Shown: positions 48,970 to 59,400 of the stretch, piece after piece
How the letters are laid out: every line of letters begins with the position of its first letter
Numbering within the stretch: position 1 is the first letter of the stretch
Assembly: GCA_965222115.1 (NCBI GenBank)
Contig: CBDCTJ010000007.1
Coordinates: 2,400,001 to 2,464,000, forward strand
Origin: Planctomycetota bacterium
GTDB taxonomy: Bacteria; Planctomycetota; PLA2; JAEUHO01
Direction of reading: 5' to 3'
Length of the DNA stretch: 64,000 nt
Program-made: the position numbers and the translations under genes
The notes under the pieces: generated by a model
What the model was told of the DNA's origin: nothing
The model's database searches: none
What the model saw: the letters and a program-made list of their open reading frames with translations, nothing else

Positions 48970-50084
48970 AAGTCTACGTCAGTTCCCAAGCGCAGTGCGC
49001 CCACGACCGCCGTGATCGCGCCGTGCAGGTGGTGCGAGCGGCCGCGCCTCAGGTGCGCGTTGCGGTGCGCAACGCGGTCGCCAGCACCGACCAGGTAAGT
49101 GAGCGAAGCATTCGGCGTTGGGATCAGCGTGAGCGCGAAGGCACACTGAAGCCTAAGAATCGTGGCCCCAAGCCGCGTGCCGTTGATCGGGACACGCGTC
49201 AAGGCGTGATTCTCCTCATGCTCGCCCTTGGGCCCTGCGCGGGTGTTGCACAGATTCGCTCGATGTTCGAAGAGGTTCCCTATCGCATGATCACAAGCAT
49301 GAAGAAGCGCCTAAAGCGCGTCCGGGAACGGCGTCGCGGACTGTACGAGCGGCGACTCAAGTGGATGCGTGCGGGCACGACATGGGCGATGGACTTTACC
49401 AAGCCCACCGCCAAACTTCCCGACGGCTACAAATGCTTGCTTGTGGTTCGCGACTTGGCGAGCGGGATGCGATTGACGTGTGTGCTGTGCAAAGGGGAGC
49501 GAACCAGCGAAGTGCTAAAGTGTCTGCGAACCCTCTTCGCGGCCTATGAGCCGCCGCTTGTGATGAAGCACGACGGCGGCCCGGCCTTCTTGGCCCACAA
49601 GACGCAGAAACTCCTAGAGTCCCGTGGCGTTGCGTCGTTGCGCTCGCCGGCCTACACGCCTTCGTACAACGGATCCGTGGAGCGCAGCCTTGGGTGGATG
49701 AAAAAGCGCATACAACACATCGCCCACCGCGAGGGCCATCCGGGCATCTGGGGCGCATGGGACATCGAACATGCACGGCGCCAAGCAAACGGAACGCTGC
49801 GCCCGTGGGGTCCAAGAGGACCTTCACCGATCGAGGCGTTTATGCAACGTGATCCCATTACGCCAATCGACCGAGAGGCATTCAAGCGTGCCGTCGATGA
49901 AGAAGCACAGCGTCAACTCGTAGCACACGCGCGAGATCCACGTAAGATGGATCGACCGATTGCGATGGACGTGCTGAAACGAAGATCAATCACACATGCG
50001 TTACAAAAACTCAAGTACTTAACGATTCGGAGAGGCCGAATATCAACACCCATTTCCCCAGAGCAACCGGACAGAAACTCGTGA
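48966..50084 (+). CDS. Second DDE (rve) transposase/integrase
   Basis: WAMDFT, RDLASG, KHDGGPAF, YNGSVER; ATGA overlap; stop codon lies within the right IR. Confidence 0.88.
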   Translation: MKVYVSSQAQCAHDRRDRAVQVVRAAAPQVRVAVRNAVASTDQVSERSIRRWDQREREGTLKPKNRGPKPRAVDRDTRQGVILLMLALGPCAGVAQIRSMFEEVPYRMITSMKKRLKRVRERRRGLYERRLKWMRAGTTWAMDFTKPTAKLPDGYKCLLVVRDLASGMRLTCVLCKGERTSEVLKCLRTLFAAYEPPLVMKHDGGPAFLAHKTQKLLESRGVASLRSPAYTPSYNGSVERSLGWMKKRIQHIAHREGHPGIWGAWDIEHARRQANGTLRPWGPRGPSPIEAFMQRDPITPIDREAFKRAVDEEAQRQLVAHARDPRKMDRPIAMDVLKRRSITHALQKLKYLTIRRGRISTPISPEQPDRNS

Positions 50085-50090
50085 GGGACA

Positions 50091-50585
50091 CATGTAATCC
50101 GTGGATGGGACTCCTCTCCAGGGTCAGAAATTAGAGTCGACGAAGTTGAACTTGACGAGGAATCAGAGAAGTCTGAAACCGATCAGCGAGACGAGCATAA
50201 GAAAGAGGTTTTGGCGGATCTCGCCGCGGAACTCCGCACTCTAATAGAAGCTCAGTATAACTACAGGGTTCGACTGGCTCGCTTGCTAGACATTCAGGCT
50301 AGATATGAAGAGTCTAAGTCTAATCAGCCAGACCCTAGTCCCCCGCCAACGTCGCTTCCACCCAAGGACAGTCCGCCAACTTCTCCCAAGGGTGATCTGC
50401 CAGTGTATCCTCCCAACCAGCCAGGCCCGGCTTTCGGGCCCTATTTTCCCGGCCCATGGGGTTATCCTATCCCTCCTCCATGGCTATGGCCATTGAGGAG
50501 AACGCAGCCTTGGTGGCCTCAAGCTCTCCCAGATCCGCTCAGATTTTGGGACCGGCGCACGGGCGAAGAGATCTTTCCGTGTTAG
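50091..50585 (+). pseudogene. Probable 5'-truncated gene remnant with Pro-rich C-terminus
   Basis: Frame appears open from near the element boundary with no good start or RBS. Confidence 0.4.
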
Positions 50586-50598
50586 GCAAATTTGGACA

Positions 50599-51465
50599 GT
50601 GAGAGGCCGTGTTGGTTATGCAGAAAGTTTCGACGCCTCCGGCAAGATCAATGGGAGCCGGTCCTTGATTGTGCCCAATTACAGGTCTAGAGCGACTCTG
50701 TTGTCCGTTATCTTCATTGGAGTCTTGCTTGCATCCCTCTCGGTCGCATGTCCTCAGCTACATAATTCGACTAAGAGTAGACATAAGAGTGAGCCGCATC
50801 GATGCAAACCCACTCGTTTCAAATTCGGAGAATTGACGTCTGCATGGGGTCAATCACAGGTCGCCGCCATGTTGGCGGATCGCCCTCAAATGGCATTGGT
50901 GACTACAGTCGATGGGTCAATTAGAAAACTCAACTCGCGAGACCCTATTTGGATGTGGGCAGTTGAGCAGTTTAGCGAAGAACTCGCAGGTGGGCGAGTT
51001 GCGTGGCGGTCAGAAGAACCTTCTGATGTCCCGAATGGCGTCTTGGGAACGTGTCACTTCAGCCCGAATCGTGGCGGAGGACATATTCGTTTGGCGCGCG
51101 GGAAATTTGAAGAGTTGTGGTCGACGTTCGTGTTCGAAATGCACAATATCAGGAGTAGAGACTTGTTTCTCGCCTTGTACGACCAAGCTCGGAAGCTCGA
51201 AATCTGGGAACGCGACTTCGTAAAATCCGCGATATCAATTGAGCACAAATCTCTACTTGATCTCAAGAGATACTATCGAGAGCATTGGCTACCCTGGGCC
51301 CGCCATAATGATGTCGCGACCGATCCTAGTGAGTGGCATATGGATACGTTGAATTCTGCCATTGAGTGGTTCTATAGGGTGGAAGAGGAAAGGCCGAGCT
51401 ACGTCAAGTATTGGCAAAAAGTGTGGGGGCAACTGGCGCGAATACCCGAACCAGAGAATAAGTAA
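50599..51465 (+). CDS. Hypothetical membrane-anchored protein
   Basis: 288-aa ORF with N-terminal hydrophobic helix; contains ELWSTFVFEMHN. Confidence 0.6.
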   Translation: MRGRVGYAESFDASGKINGSRSLIVPNYRSRATLLSVIFIGVLLASLSVACPQLHNSTKSRHKSEPHRCKPTRFKFGELTSAWGQSQVAAMLADRPQMALVTTVDGSIRKLNSRDPIWMWAVEQFSEELAGGRVAWRSEEPSDVPNGVLGTCHFSPNRGGGHIRLARGKFEELWSTFVFEMHNIRSRDLFLALYDQARKLEIWERDFVKSAISIEHKSLLDLKRYYREHWLPWARHNDVATDPSEWHMDTLNSAIEWFYRVEEERPSYVKYWQKVWGQLARIPEPENK

Positions 51466-51479
51466 GTCGGGATGCTGGG

Positions 51480-52199
51480 ATGACGGTATCATCTCAAGAT
51501 GGGTGGCCCTGTGAAGCGAGGTTGCTGGTCGTGGCATATACGTCGCTCCATCTCACAGAACGGATGCACCCGTATTCAGCGCGGGCGGCTACGCCAAGAA
51601 ACCAGCAAGTATCCGGACCGACTACCCCTCCACTACGCGCTTTCGCCATCTCCATGTGGATTCACGGTGATTCTGGAACTACATTGACGTTGCGCTGCAA
51701 AGACCCTGCGCACGACATCGCCTATTGCGTTGGAACCGACAGCCCTGATCGAGACGTGGAGTTGGTAGGAGTGGACGTGGACGGCAAACTTGCGCGCTTT
51801 ACTGTCAGTCGCGGCGACGAGCAGCACACGTTCAGGTTCGATCGCAGCCGTGAGTTTCACAGCAGCGTGATTCGATTCAGTCCGCGTGGAGCAGCTTTAG
51901 GCGCTCAAGGCTATCAATCCCAAGCGGTCGCAAGCTCCAAGCACCCAGACCTCAAGGCAGTTCCTTACTTCGATGACCGCGGCAAGTGCATTGGCATGCG
52001 AGTGACGGGAATAAGATCCGAGTCGGGTTGGGCTGGCTTAGGCCTTACGCGTGGTGACGTACTACTCGCCGGAGATGGGATCGCGGTGAAGCAGCCTGCG
52101 ATGTTTCGAAAACGAGTGAGGGAAGGGTGGTCGCCAAAGAGTCTCAAGATAGGGAAGATTGACGGTAACGGGCTTCGAGAGGTCGAGCTGGGCGGGTAG
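51480..52199 (+). CDS. PDZ-domain protein (GspC C-terminal-like), possibly truncated
   Basis: GMRVTGIRSES..AGLGLTRGDVLL..DG pattern; poor N-terminus. Confidence 0.5.
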   Translation: MTVSSQDGWPCEARLLVVAYTSLHLTERMHPYSARAATPRNQQVSGPTTPPLRAFAISMWIHGDSGTTLTLRCKDPAHDIAYCVGTDSPDRDVELVGVDVDGKLARFTVSRGDEQHTFRFDRSREFHSSVIRFSPRGAALGAQGYQSQAVASSKHPDLKAVPYFDDRGKCIGMRVTGIRSESGWAGLGLTRGDVLLAGDGIAVKQPAMFRKRVREGWSPKSLKIGKIDGNGLREVELGG

Positions 52200-52555
52200 C
52201 TGGATGTATCACGTTGTGGGGAGGGGTGGTGTAAATCCTTGGGAGAATTGGGTTTACGAGCGAGCGTCCAAACGCACGTTTTTTCTCACGGGTTTTGGGG
52301 CTTTCTGCGCATTTACCCTGTTGCGCTTTGGTTGTCTTCCTGCGTATCCGTGGCTTGCTCCAAGAGAGCCCGAGCGGCCCGAATGAGGGGGAGTGGATCC
52401 GGGACTGTCTCGGCGAGCTTCAGGAGGTCCGCTGCCATCTCTGCTGGGGTAGGCACATGCACGCTCTGACGCAAATGGGGCACACTGGAGGGCACACCCA
52501 GGGCGTGTACCTGTCGTATGTCCTGATCAACCTGGCAGTTGCGACCTGTGTCGAT

Positions 52556-52602
52556 TGGCTTTGCAAGCCAGGGGTCACCGGTTCGAATCCGGTTGCCTCC
52601 AC
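52556..52602 (+). repeat. att site: displaced 3' half of tRNA-Ala
   Basis: 43 of 47 identical to 44872-44918; all differences are in the T stem. Confidence 0.95.
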
Positions 52603-52814
52603 ATTTGATCGCGCGACCTATATTGAATCGCGCGTCTCATAGCGATGGATACGGTGTACGGGAAGAAACCACACTATTTTGAGGAAGTGTTATTTTCTTT
52701 GCCGGGCACCAAGCCAAAGTCCAATCCACATCGTTTTGACATATCTCAGCGTTCCAACGAAGTCCCTTGTCGGGACGCTCCGTGACTCGGATCAGGTAGA
52801 GATCCGCATTTTTG

Positions 52815-53165
52815 TCACGACTCCAACGCATTGACAAACGCGATAAACAATGCGACCGACGCAAACAAGCCGAAGATACCAATGCCAAATGCCACGCGCC
52901 GCGATAGCCATCTTGACGTGCTGCTCCCCGACAAAACATAGAGTAGTCCGCTCGCTGCGAACATAAAGAGGCAGATATACGCGAGCGTCCGAATGAGCCT
53001 CGTGTCGGGCCTTGGGCCCCAGCTGCCCATATTGCTCATGCCTTGGGCCCAAAGGAAGGCGGTGACGCCAAACAACGCCATCAATAGGGGCACTGTAATG
53101 ATTGCGACGCCGATCCACGCGCGATTGCGTCGCTTCTTCCTGGAGATTCGATTGGAACGAGACAC
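52815..53165 (-). CDS. Three-TM hypothetical protein
   Basis: Basic N-terminus then three hydrophobic helices; 2 bp after the upstream stop. Confidence 0.6.
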   Translation of the reverse strand: MSRSNRISRKKRRNRAWIGVAIITVPLLMALFGVTAFLWAQGMSNMGSWGPRPDTRLIRTLAYICLFMFAASGLLYVLSGSSTSRWLSRRVAFGIGIFGLFASVALFIAFVNALES

Positions 53166-53167
53166 CG

Positions 53168-55624
53168 TTAGTCGTCCGATTGCTCTGTAAGTGCTATTTC
53201 CACATGTTCACCGGGGCGTCCGTTGGCACTTCCTTCGAAGGGCTTGCCCTTAATCTCACAGTAGATGGATATGGGCCATGTTCCGGGCGGTATGTCGAGT
53301 ATCTCGAATGACCGCTTTGATGTGTTCCACTTAACTCGAAAGGAGACTTCCGCTTCATACTCGCTGAAGTTTGGTCCCAGCGGTCCACCAGGGAGAGATA
53401 CGAAATGCTCCTCAATATCGGCCAATGAATGGCCATCCGGCGCAATCAACTGCCCGCGAATGGAGTTCGCCAGATGGGTGTCAATGTGAACCATGTCTGT
53501 ACTCGGCGTGATGCCTAGCTTGTATCCGCCGCGCCCGCCTGAAAGTCGAAGGACGCACACATTGAACTTCCCGGTGGGGGACACCTCATTGAATGTGGCT
53601 ACGCCATCCCGATTGATGGGCGCACGTCGAAAGATGGAGAAGCTTCCCACCTGCTGCAGGTATGCCATCTTTCCCCGATCATCCACATTCCAAGGGTGAA
53701 ACCGGACGTTGAGTTCGATGGGCAATGCGCCTCGATCCAGCATCAGAGTTACGTTTTTTGCGCCTGCGTCGGCCTTAGCACCTTTTCGGACACCGTCCGC
53801 CGAGAGCGTGTATTGCCCTTTGCGAAGTCCGACTAATACGAATCGGCCATCGCTGTCGGTACGCGTACCCGGATAACTCACGGTGTAGCCATCACTAAGC
53901 GACGCCTCCGAATCCCGAGTCGGTACGGTGCCTCCATAGGGCATGCCGTTCCCGATACCCCTAACCCAGATTCCCTTCACCGGCTTGCCATCCCTGTCAA
54001 TTATGCGTCCTGAAATCTGATGGGCGAGGGGCAAGACGAATCGATTTTCGCCGCGATTCCACACTTCCTGAAACACGGGCAACACATCCTTTCGTCGTGG
54101 CGGGGGCTGTATGTCAATGCGGTAGTCCCTATCCGGTAGTAGGCCCCGAAGCTCGGCGACGCCCTCCTCATTTGTCGTGGCTTCACTCTGTACGTCGGTG
54201 CTTCCGCGCGGGAACGTCGCGAAGACTCTAGCGCCTGCGATCGCAATCCCTTGTTCATCTATCACGGTGACCGAGTGCTCTTCGCCTCGCCTTAGTTCGA
54301 TGATGAGCTTCTCTTGCCCCGGTGTTGCCCGCAACGAATCGATGCGGCAAAAGGGGCCTGGCGCACCAGATACATCAACTACGTAGGGCGTGTTGGCAAG
54401 ACCCTCGAACCGAAACTGCCCCGTGCTATCACTCACACACTCGTGCGAACTGTAGCGCTTCAGTTTTGATGGCTTCCATGCAAGTAACTTCTCCTCGATT
54501 TCGGGAAACGGCATTAGTGCGCGAACCTTGACACCCGGTATGGGGTCGCCGTCAATGGTCTGAACGACGCCGACCAGTTCACATTGTTTCTTGCGCTGAA
54601 TCACGGCTTGTGCCAATGGAAATGGGCCGGCAATCTGCTCACCCAGCCCACGCTCCGGGTCGGCGTGTAGGAAGACGAAGTACTTCGCACCGGCTACATG
54701 CTCGATTCGAGTTGGCGTATTGAACGGGGAGACTCCAAACCATGCGGAACTTGAGTGATGGCTCGACAGAGAGATCAGCGACCCCGAAGACGCGACAAGC
54801 TGACCGTCTATATCCAGCGTTTGGATCCGAAACACGACCTTGTCCCCAGGTCGCGCGCGCATCATCTGGACGGCAACGTCTTGAGTGCCCGCTTCTGCCG
54901 AAACGTGCCCAGACCAAGCGCCTTCCTTTGACGAACCTAGAACAACAAACGACTTCTTTCCTGACTCTAGCGCGTAAATCGAAAATCTCCCATCCCCATT
55001 CACGTCAAAGTCGGGCCTTGGAACACCTTGCGCTTCTGGCTCTATGAGAATGTCACTCGCATGCAGTCCGGGGGGTAAATCAATGTGACCATGAATCGTC
55101 AGTCCCGGGGAGAGCGCAACACGAAGCTCGAACTGACCCGGCGAGAGCTTTCTTGGCGTACCTGTATCCCTCTTCGCGATGTAGCGACGTGCATTGACGA
55201 AGAATGAGTCCACACTCGCCCTAACATTGCTAACTCGAAATCGACCCAAAGCGTCCGTCTGGCCCGTGGAGATCCGATAGATAGACTCTCTCTTAGCGAT
55301 GCCAACCGATACATGCTGACTGCTGATGGGCGACTTATTGTCCTCGTCTACGAGATATATCGTAACGGTATCCCGGTCGTCACTCGTGGCGGCCTCTTGC
55401 TTCGGCGCGGGTATGGCTTGGCGATTCGATCCGCGAAGCGCCGCTCCCCCGACTTCGACGCGTCTTGTCTTTGTAGTCCTTGATTCGCTATTGCGATCTT
55501 TGACAGGCGTCGATTCTCCACTTCGACGGTGTCCCGTTGCAAGCACCATCACTCCGATGGTCAACGCAAGTCCAACAACACCGATTACGAGCAGTCCGTT
55601 GCGATTCGTTCCATGTCTATTCAC
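53168..55624 (-). CDS. Membrane-anchored carboxypeptidase-regulatory-like repeat protein
   Basis: N-terminal TM; repeated G.V.D..G.PI.G..V and TDSDGRF.L.GL motifs. Confidence 0.8.
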   Translation of the reverse strand: MNRHGTNRNGLLVIGVVGLALTIGVMVLATGHRRSGESTPVKDRNSESRTTKTRRVEVGGAALRGSNRQAIPAPKQEAATSDDRDTVTIYLVDEDNKSPISSQHVSVGIAKRESIYRISTGQTDALGRFRVSNVRASVDSFFVNARRYIAKRDTGTPRKLSPGQFELRVALSPGLTIHGHIDLPPGLHASDILIEPEAQGVPRPDFDVNGDGRFSIYALESGKKSFVVLGSSKEGAWSGHVSAEAGTQDVAVQMMRARPGDKVVFRIQTLDIDGQLVASSGSLISLSSHHSSSAWFGVSPFNTPTRIEHVAGAKYFVFLHADPERGLGEQIAGPFPLAQAVIQRKKQCELVGVVQTIDGDPIPGVKVRALMPFPEIEEKLLAWKPSKLKRYSSHECVSDSTGQFRFEGLANTPYVVDVSGAPGPFCRIDSLRATPGQEKLIIELRRGEEHSVTVIDEQGIAIAGARVFATFPRGSTDVQSEATTNEEGVAELRGLLPDRDYRIDIQPPPRRKDVLPVFQEVWNRGENRFVLPLAHQISGRIIDRDGKPVKGIWVRGIGNGMPYGGTVPTRDSEASLSDGYTVSYPGTRTDSDGRFVLVGLRKGQYTLSADGVRKGAKADAGAKNVTLMLDRGALPIELNVRFHPWNVDDRGKMAYLQQVGSFSIFRRAPINRDGVATFNEVSPTGKFNVCVLRLSGGRGGYKLGITPSTDMVHIDTHLANSIRGQLIAPDGHSLADIEEHFVSLPGGPLGPNFSEYEAEVSFRVKWNTSKRSFEILDIPPGTWPISIYCEIKGKPFEGSANGRPGEHVEIALTEQSDD

Positions 55625-55704
55625 GGTCAGAACAGTAACACGTGCTCATGTTGTGGGCATTGAATTCTGGACGATACAGTGTCGAGACAATCCACACCTT
55701 ACCT

Positions 55705-56223
55705 TTAATGTGAGCCGCGATTCTTTCCAACGCATTGAAGATCATTGTCCCATGCTCCATATTGCCTATCCATTTGGCGAACAACTACGTCATGGGGCAG
55801 GTTTGAAACGCTTGTTCTTGTTTGTCGAAATGCGTGAAATTTGCCCGTACACCGTATCTTTACGAGCGTTCGACTTGGATGGGTATTCACATCGTCAATG
55901 CGATGCACGAACGACTGATCGCGCATATGTGCGCGCGCTGGCATGGCGGTGTCGAGCGTTTCACCGTTCTCACTAAGCACGAGAGCGATGGAAAAGCGAT
56001 TGTAGGGGACGCCGCTCATCGACAACGTCTGAGTAGCGGCACCGTTTTCTGACGCCGAAAGCGTCTTGTGAACCAAAAACCGATCTTACGTCGTTGATGG
56101 ATCCCCATTCTCATCGGCATAGGCGTCGAGCCGCACGCCGCCTCCTCCACCGCCACAGGCGGTGAGTGAGAGCGCAGCGAGCAATACAGGTAGATAGCAA
56201 AGCAGGTTATTTGAGGGATACAT
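55705..56223 (-). pseudogene. Lipoprotein gene with in-frame TAA
   Basis: AAGGAG RBS, ATG 56223, lipobox LTAC-GGGGGG, TAA at 56086-56088, same frame continues to 55705. Confidence 0.6.
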
Positions 56224-56416
56224 TGCAGGTCTCCTTGACCCCATCCCCCGGGGTCAGGAGCTACATAGGATTTGCCCGCTGCGGATGGCGCGAAACTCGG
56301 CGAAATTCTTCCGCGCGTCAGCCCTGTCCCCATTTTTAGCGGCTTCGAGTTGCTCCGACCCGCGAAATCCGAAATTTTCCGTACGATGCCGACCGAAACA
56401 CGTCTGTACGGGTGTC

Positions 56417-59400
56417 ATGTCAATGGATGCCGAACTACTTGAGCGCTACCGCACGCAGGGGGATCGCGATGCGTTGAACGAACTCTTGGGGCGTCACTAT
56501 CCCCACGTGTATCAAGTGGCATTGCGGCTTGTGCACAACGAGTTCGACGCGCGCGATGTTGCGCAGTCCGTGTTCCTCAAGGCGATTCGAAGTGTTCATC
56601 AGGTTCGTAATCCCCGCGCGTTTCGTTCGTGGTTACTCAAGATCACGGTGAATGAGGTGCGTGGGGGGTGGCGCAAGCAGCAACGCGCACCGCATCTGGA
56701 ACAGTTGTTCGGCGAGATCGTGAGGACACAACCCGCCACACAGTCCAAGCAAGCAAGTCGTCGTGAATTCGAGTTGGCGCTTGAGAATACTCTCGAATCA
56801 ATGCCCCCTGAGCTCAAGGCACCTCTTGTGCTGCGCTATTACCAGGCGCTCTCTTTGTCGGAAATCGCGGAGATCTTGGAACTTCCTAAGTCCACCGCTC
56901 AGTTTCGTCTTCAGCGAGGCGTAAGGCGCCTTAGGCGCCGATTCGGTCGTAAACGACTTTCGCTCATGGCGCCATACCTGTCCGAGATATCGATTCCTGG
57001 AACCGCTTCGGCACTCGTCACGGTGGGAGGGCTTTTCTGTATGAAAACAATCATGATTGGCGTTGGAGCCGTCGCCGTGATCCTTGGCGTCCTTCTCTTC
57101 CTGCTTAAAGCCGAGCCGCCTTCGTTTTACGCGCCATCAACGGCCAAAGGCGAAACCGATTCCCACGAATCGGACGAGGATCGTGACTCTCCACCAAAGC
57201 TAACCGCGAGCACAACGTCGGAGACTACCAGTCAGGAATCGAGTGAGACGATTGCTGACGTCGTTACTACAACGGGCCCTGGTGTGATTGGAGGCGTGGT
57301 CTTGGCGGAGGCTAGGGGACATCCCGTTTCGCACGCGCGTGTGGTGGTTCGATACGCACGCCACCACCGCAACAACTGGGTTACTGACGATCACCCCAAC
57401 GCTTGTGCCAATGTGTACTCAACCGACCGCAACGGTGAGTTTCGATGCCACGAGCTTCCTGTCGACCGCGTTTACGACCTACATGTGTCGCATCCAGACT
57501 TTGGTTATGTCGAACGTTGTGGCGTCACATTGAGCGTGTCGAGTCAACACGTCAATATGGGTGTTGTGGAGTTGCCCGAGCAGCGTGCACTTCGTGGCAT
57601 TGTTCGAGATGTGAACGGCACACCCGTCGCCGGCGTGAACATCTATGCAGGTGACTACGATCGAGCACTGCCCATGCTCTCGCCCACGCTCTCGTCAACG
57701 CTTCGACGGGGCGTGACGACGACAAGTGACCGACACGGGAAGTTCACCCTGCACGGGCTTGCGCCGGGATTCCATCGATTGCTCGCCATGCATCCGGGGT
57801 ACGCAAGCACGGTTCGATCGAAGGTTTTCGTGCCACGCACCGCCAAGCCAGCGCACATAGATGTCACACTGAACGCTGTGAACGTTACATCGGGCCTGGT
57901 ATTGGACGAGCAAAAGCACCCCATCGCAAACGCCCTGATCATCGTGAACATCGATGAATTTTTTGAGCGAGGCTCGCGCGGATTTTCGTATCGACATCAC
58001 TGGTCGCGCATTCAGTCGGACGAACGAGGCATATGGCGCGTGACTGATTTCCCCGCCGATGGGCCCTATACCGTGTCGATTCGGATCGAGAAAGAGGGAT
58101 ATCAACCGAAGGATGTTGAGTACATTGGGCTGGGCTCCAAGTTAATGCCGGTTACCCTCACATCGAGTGATACGAAATTGGGCACCGTTGTGTCCGGAAC
58201 CATTGTAGACGATCGAGGCGCACTTGTCGATGCGTCCAACGGCCAAGTGTGGCTTGTTTCCGTAGATAAACCGCGTATCGCGGGCACGTTTGATTCACTC
58301 ACAAGTCAATATTCGTTCGAGGGCATAGCGCCGGGTCTCTATTCGATTCATGCGGATCTCTTGGGCTATCGGCGTGGCATCAAGAGTGACGTGCGCGTGG
58401 CGTCCAGCCCGCTACCTGACATCCGCGTCTCGGTGTTGCGTGGACTCACATTGAATGGTCGAATACTCGATGCCAAGACCGATGAGCCCATTCCCGGTGC
58501 ACAGCTAATCTACCGTGGATTTACGATACACGCCGACACCATGGGTGCCTACGAACTCGGGGGACTGTCGAGCGGACGAACTACAGTCGGTGCAATCGGG
58601 CTGCGCGCTGCCGGTTACTTCGATGCATCGCCGTCATACTTCGCACCAAAGGACGCGCGTCATCACACACTTGACTTCAAGATGATTCCGGTAGACGAGG
58701 GCATCACAGTTCTCGGCAAGATAGTGGATGCATTTGGCAAGCCGATCGCGGGTGCCCACGTGCGCTACAAGACGGTCGACGGTGTGGTTCGTTCAGTTTC
58801 TGCATTTTCGAAGCGTGATGGATCGTTCGAGTTCCCGCCTCAAAAGGCCGATGCTCTCGAATCGACAGTCACGTTGATGGTGACCCACTCGCGATTTGCA
58901 CCGTTGGAAGTTGGCGTGCCGAAGGCGGAAGCGCACCTACCGAACACGGTAGTGCTCAATCCAGGCAGATCGGTTGCGGGCACGGTCAAGGACTCAAGGG
59001 GCAAGCGTGTCTCTCACGCGCATGTAACCGCCGTGATCGGTCGAGTGCCCACGCGCCTCAAGGAAGGTGCGTTCGATGATCGCGAGGTGGCCAGCGCCCG
59101 TGAGATTGGGAGCGTCCTAGCCGACGCACGCGGAGACTTCGTAATTGAGCATCTGCCTAGCGAGGCCCTCACCCTGTTGGTCACCGGCACCCGTGTGCGT
59201 TATACGATGGGGAAGGACCATATCGGACATGTGATTGCCAAGGGTGCCTCCGATGTCGTCGGTGTCTCGGTTCCGATTGAGCGCGAGCAGATTGCGGAAG
59301 GCGTTGTGGTCTATGGCGATGGAACCCCTGCCCATGACGTGTCCTTACGTGCGTCGTCTACATTTGCGTGGACGCCCGTCCGGGAGGACGGGTCCTTTCG

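Larger units (their letters stand above)
46737..50090 (+). mobile_element. Four-gene transposable element with two DDE transposases (IS481/IS3-like catalytic cores)
   Basis: Terminal IRs TGTCCCTC(A)ACGAGTTTCTGTCCGGTTG at 46737-46764 and 50064-50090, identical except for one indel; no target duplication visible. Confidence 0.9.
44872..52602. mobile_element. Integrative island 2 in tRNA-Ala (about 7.7 kb)
   Basis: 47-bp direct repeat 44872-44918 / 52556-52602 (4 mismatches); integrase, RHH-like and excisionase genes adjacent. Confidence 0.92.

Noticed and set aside
56086-56088. Stop-codon recoding
   Set aside because: TAA, TAG and TGA all terminate conserved genes normally in this window; one internal TAA is better explained as mutation or error.
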